Source: the human T2T-CHM13v2.0 reference genome, Homo sapiens
Direction: 5' to 3' (one strand)
Length of the DNA: 64,000 nt
NCBI RefSeq assembly: GCF_009914755.1
Contig: NC_060934.1
This document shows, piece after piece, positions 61,164 through 64,000 of this stretch. The notes beneath the pieces are model-generated. The model saw only the letters and a list, made by a program, of their open reading frames with translations, searched no databases and was not told the DNA's origin. The position numbers were made by a program, and so were the translations under genes. Each line of letters opens with the position of its first letter. Positions within the stretch are counted from its first letter, which is position 1.

Positions 61164-64000
61164 GTTTGGGGTCCCTCAGGTTCCTTTTTCAAAAACCAGC
61201 CAGGCAGAGGTTTTAATGTCTGTTTATTAACTACTGAATAATGCTACCAGGATGCTAAAGATGATGATGTTAACCCATTCCAGTACAGTATTCTTTTAAA
61301 ATTCAAAAGTATTGAAAGCCAACAACTCTGCCTTTATGATGCTAAGCTGATATTATTTCTTCTCTTATCCTCTCTCTCTTCTAGGCCCATTGTCCTCCTT
61401 TTCACTTTATTGCTATCGCCCTCCTTTCCCTTATTGCCTCCCAGGCAAGCAGCTGGTCAGTCTTTGCTCAGTGTCCAGCTTCCAAAGCCTAGACAACCTT
61501 TCTGTAGCCTAAAACGAATGGTCTTTGCTCCAGATAACTCTCTTTCCTTGAGCTGTTGTGAGCTTTGAAGTAGGTGGCTTGAGCTAGAGATAAAACAGAA
61601 TCTTCTGGGTAGTCCCCTGTTGATTATCTTCAGCCCAGGCTTTTGCTAGATGGAATGGAAAAGCAACTTCATTTGACACAAAGCTTCTAAAGCAGGTAAA
61701 TTGTCGGGGGAGAGAGTTAGCATGTATGAATGTAAGGATGAGGGAAGCGAAGCAAGAGGAACCTCTCGCCATGATCAGACATACAGCTGCCTACCTAATG
61801 AGGACTTCAAGCCCCACCACATAGCATGCTTCCTTTCTCTCCTGGCTCGGGGTAAAAAGTGGCTGCGGTGTTTGGCAATGCTAATTCAATGCCGCAACAT
61901 ATAGTTGAGGCCGAGGATAAAGAAAAGACATTTTAAGTTTGTAGTAAAAGTGGTCTCTGCTGGGGAAGGGTTTTCTTTTCTTTTTTTCTTTAATAACAAG
62001 GAGATTTCTTAGTTCATATATCAAGAAGTCTTGAAGTTGGGTGTTTCCAGAATTGGTAAAAACAGCAGCTCATAGAATTTTGAGTATTCCATGAGCTGCT
62101 CATTACAGTTCTTTCCTCTTTCTGCTCTGCCATCTTCAGGATATTGGTTCTTCCCCTCATAGTAATAAGATGGCTGTGGCATTTCCAAACATCCAAAAAA
62201 AGGGAAGGATTTAAGGAGGTGAAGTCGGGTCAAAAATAAAATATATATACATATATACATTGCTTAGAACGTTAAACTATTAGAGTATTTCCCTTCCAAA
62301 GAGGGATGTTTGGAAAAAACTCTGAAGGAGAGGAGGAATTAGTTGGGATGCCAATTTCCTCTCCACTGCTGGACATGAGATGGAGAGGCTGAGGGACAGG
62401 ATCTATAGGCAGCTTCTAAGAGCGAACTTCACATAGGAAGGGATCTGAGAACACGTTGCCAGGGGCTTGAGAAGGTTACTGAGTGAGTTATTGGGAGTCT
62501 TAATAAAATAAACTAGATATTAGGTCCATTCATTAATTAGTTCCAGTTTCTCCTTGAAATGAGTAAAAACTAGAAGGCTTCTCTCCACAGTGTTGTGCCC
62601 CTTCACTCATTTTTTTTTGAGGAGAAGGGGGTCTCTGTTAACATCTAGCCTAAAGTATACAACTGCCTGGGGGGCAGGGTTAGGAATCTCTTCACTACCC
62701 TGATTCTTGATTCCTGGCTCTACCCTGTCTGTCCCTTTTCTTTGACCAGATCTTTCTCTTCCCTGAACGTTTTCTTCTTTCCCTGGACAGGCAGCCTCCT
62801 TTGTGTGTATTCAGAGGCAGTGATGACTTGCTGTCCAGGCAGCTCCCTCCTGCACACAGAATGCTCAGGGTCACTGAACCACTGCTTCTCTTTTGAAAGT
62901 AGAGCTAGCTGCCACTTTCACGTGGCCTCCGCAGTGTCTCCACCTACACCCCTGTGCTCCCCTGCCACACTGATGGCTCAAGACAAGGCTGGCAAACCCT
63001 CCCAGAAACATCTCTGGCCCAGAAAGCCTCTCTCTCCCTCCCTCTCTCATGAGGCACAGCCAAGCCAAGCGCTCATGTTGAGCCAGTGGGCCAGCCACAG
63101 AGCAAAAGAGGGTTTATTTTCAGTCCCCTCTCTCTGGGTCAGAACCAGAGGGCATGCTGAATGCCCCCTGCTTACTTGGTGAGGGTGCCCCGCCTGAGTC
63201 AGTGCTCTCAGCTGGCAGTGCAATGCTTGTAGAAGTAGGAGGAAACAGTTCTCACTGGGAAGAAGCAAGGGCAAGAACCCAAGTGCCTCACCTCGAAAGG
63301 AGGCCCTGTTCCCTGGAGTCAGGGTGAACTGCAAAGCTTTGGCTGAGACCTGGGATTTGAGATACCACAAACCCTGCTGAACACAGTGTCTGTTCAGCAA
63401 ACTAACCAGCATTCCCTACAGCCTAGGGCAGACAATAGTATAGAAGTCTGGAAAAAAACAAAAACAGAATTTGAGAACCTTGGACCACTCCTGTCCCTGT
63501 AGCTCAGTCATCAAAGCAGAAGTCTGGCTTTGCTCTATTAAGATTGGAAATGTACACTACCAAACACTCAGTCCACTGTTGAGCCCCAGTGCTGGAAGGG
63601 AGGAAGGCCTTTCTTCTGTGTTAATTGCGTAGAGGCTACAGGGGTTAGCCTGGACTAAAGGCATCCTTGTCTTTTGAGCTATTCACCTCAGTAGAAAAGG
63701 ATCTAAGGGAAGATCACTGTAGTTTAGTTCTGTTGACCTGTGCACCTACCCCTTGGAAATGTCTGCTGGTATTTCTAATTCCACAGGTCATCAGATGCCT
63801 GCTTGATAATATATAAACAATAAAAACAACTTTCACTTCTTCCTATTGTAATCGTGTGCCATGGATCTGATCTGTACCATGACCCTACATAAGGCTGGAT
63901 GGCACCTCAGGCTGAGGGCCCCAATGTATGTGTGGCTGTGGGTGTGGGTGGGAGTGTGTCTGCTGAGTAAGGAACACGATTTTCAAGATTCTAAAGCTCA
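61164..64000 (+). other. SCD: SCD 3'UTR (continues past the window)
   Basis: Alu-free sequence after the stop; seed matches CAGTATT (miR-200bc/429, 61286-61292) and CTCAGGG (miR-125, 62864-62870). Confidence 0.9.
63819..63824 (+). terminator. SCD: Probable proximal SCD polyadenylation signal AATAAA
   Basis: AATAAA followed by U/GU-rich sequence; would give an mRNA of about 4 kb, consistent with the shorter of the two known SCD transcripts. Confidence 0.6.

Noticed and set aside
60901-61230. 109-aa ORF over SCD exon 6
   Set aside because: Out-of-frame shadow of the real exon.
62235-62512. AATAAA hexamers at 62235, 62502 and 62507
   Set aside because: They lie in A-rich tracts without a clear downstream GU element; use cannot be supported.

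Overview
Human genomic DNA at the PKD2L1/SCD locus (chr10q24 by gene identity); an AluYb8 copy points to human specifically. On the minus strand are PKD2L1 exon 1 (CDS 30091-30325), exon 2 (29433-29546), a 29.4-kb intron 2 and the first 8 nt of exon 3. About 17 kb away, head-to-head on the plus strand, is the complete SCD coding sequence: 6 exons, 1080 nt, 359 aa, three His-boxes. SCD also has its CpG-island promoter (SRE plus two CCAAT boxes) and 2.8 kb of 3'UTR here. The window is dense in Alu, L1, MIR and hAT elements and has a MER11 solo LTR nested inside an Alu. The main unexpected signal is that much of the apparently unique DNA in PKD2L1 intron 2 and the intergenic gap translates into colinear, heavily decayed Ty3/Gypsy pol motifs. 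At least three copies have the unusual integrase-before-RT order of the Gmr1 lineage, and there are weaker integrase, RT/RNase H and SCAN-like gag fragments. Several enhancer- or insulator-like motifs lie inside these fossils. One fossil also carries a fold-back, templated-insertion scar copied from 3 kb away. All motif calls were made by eye and need HMM confirmation, and repeat boundaries are approximate.
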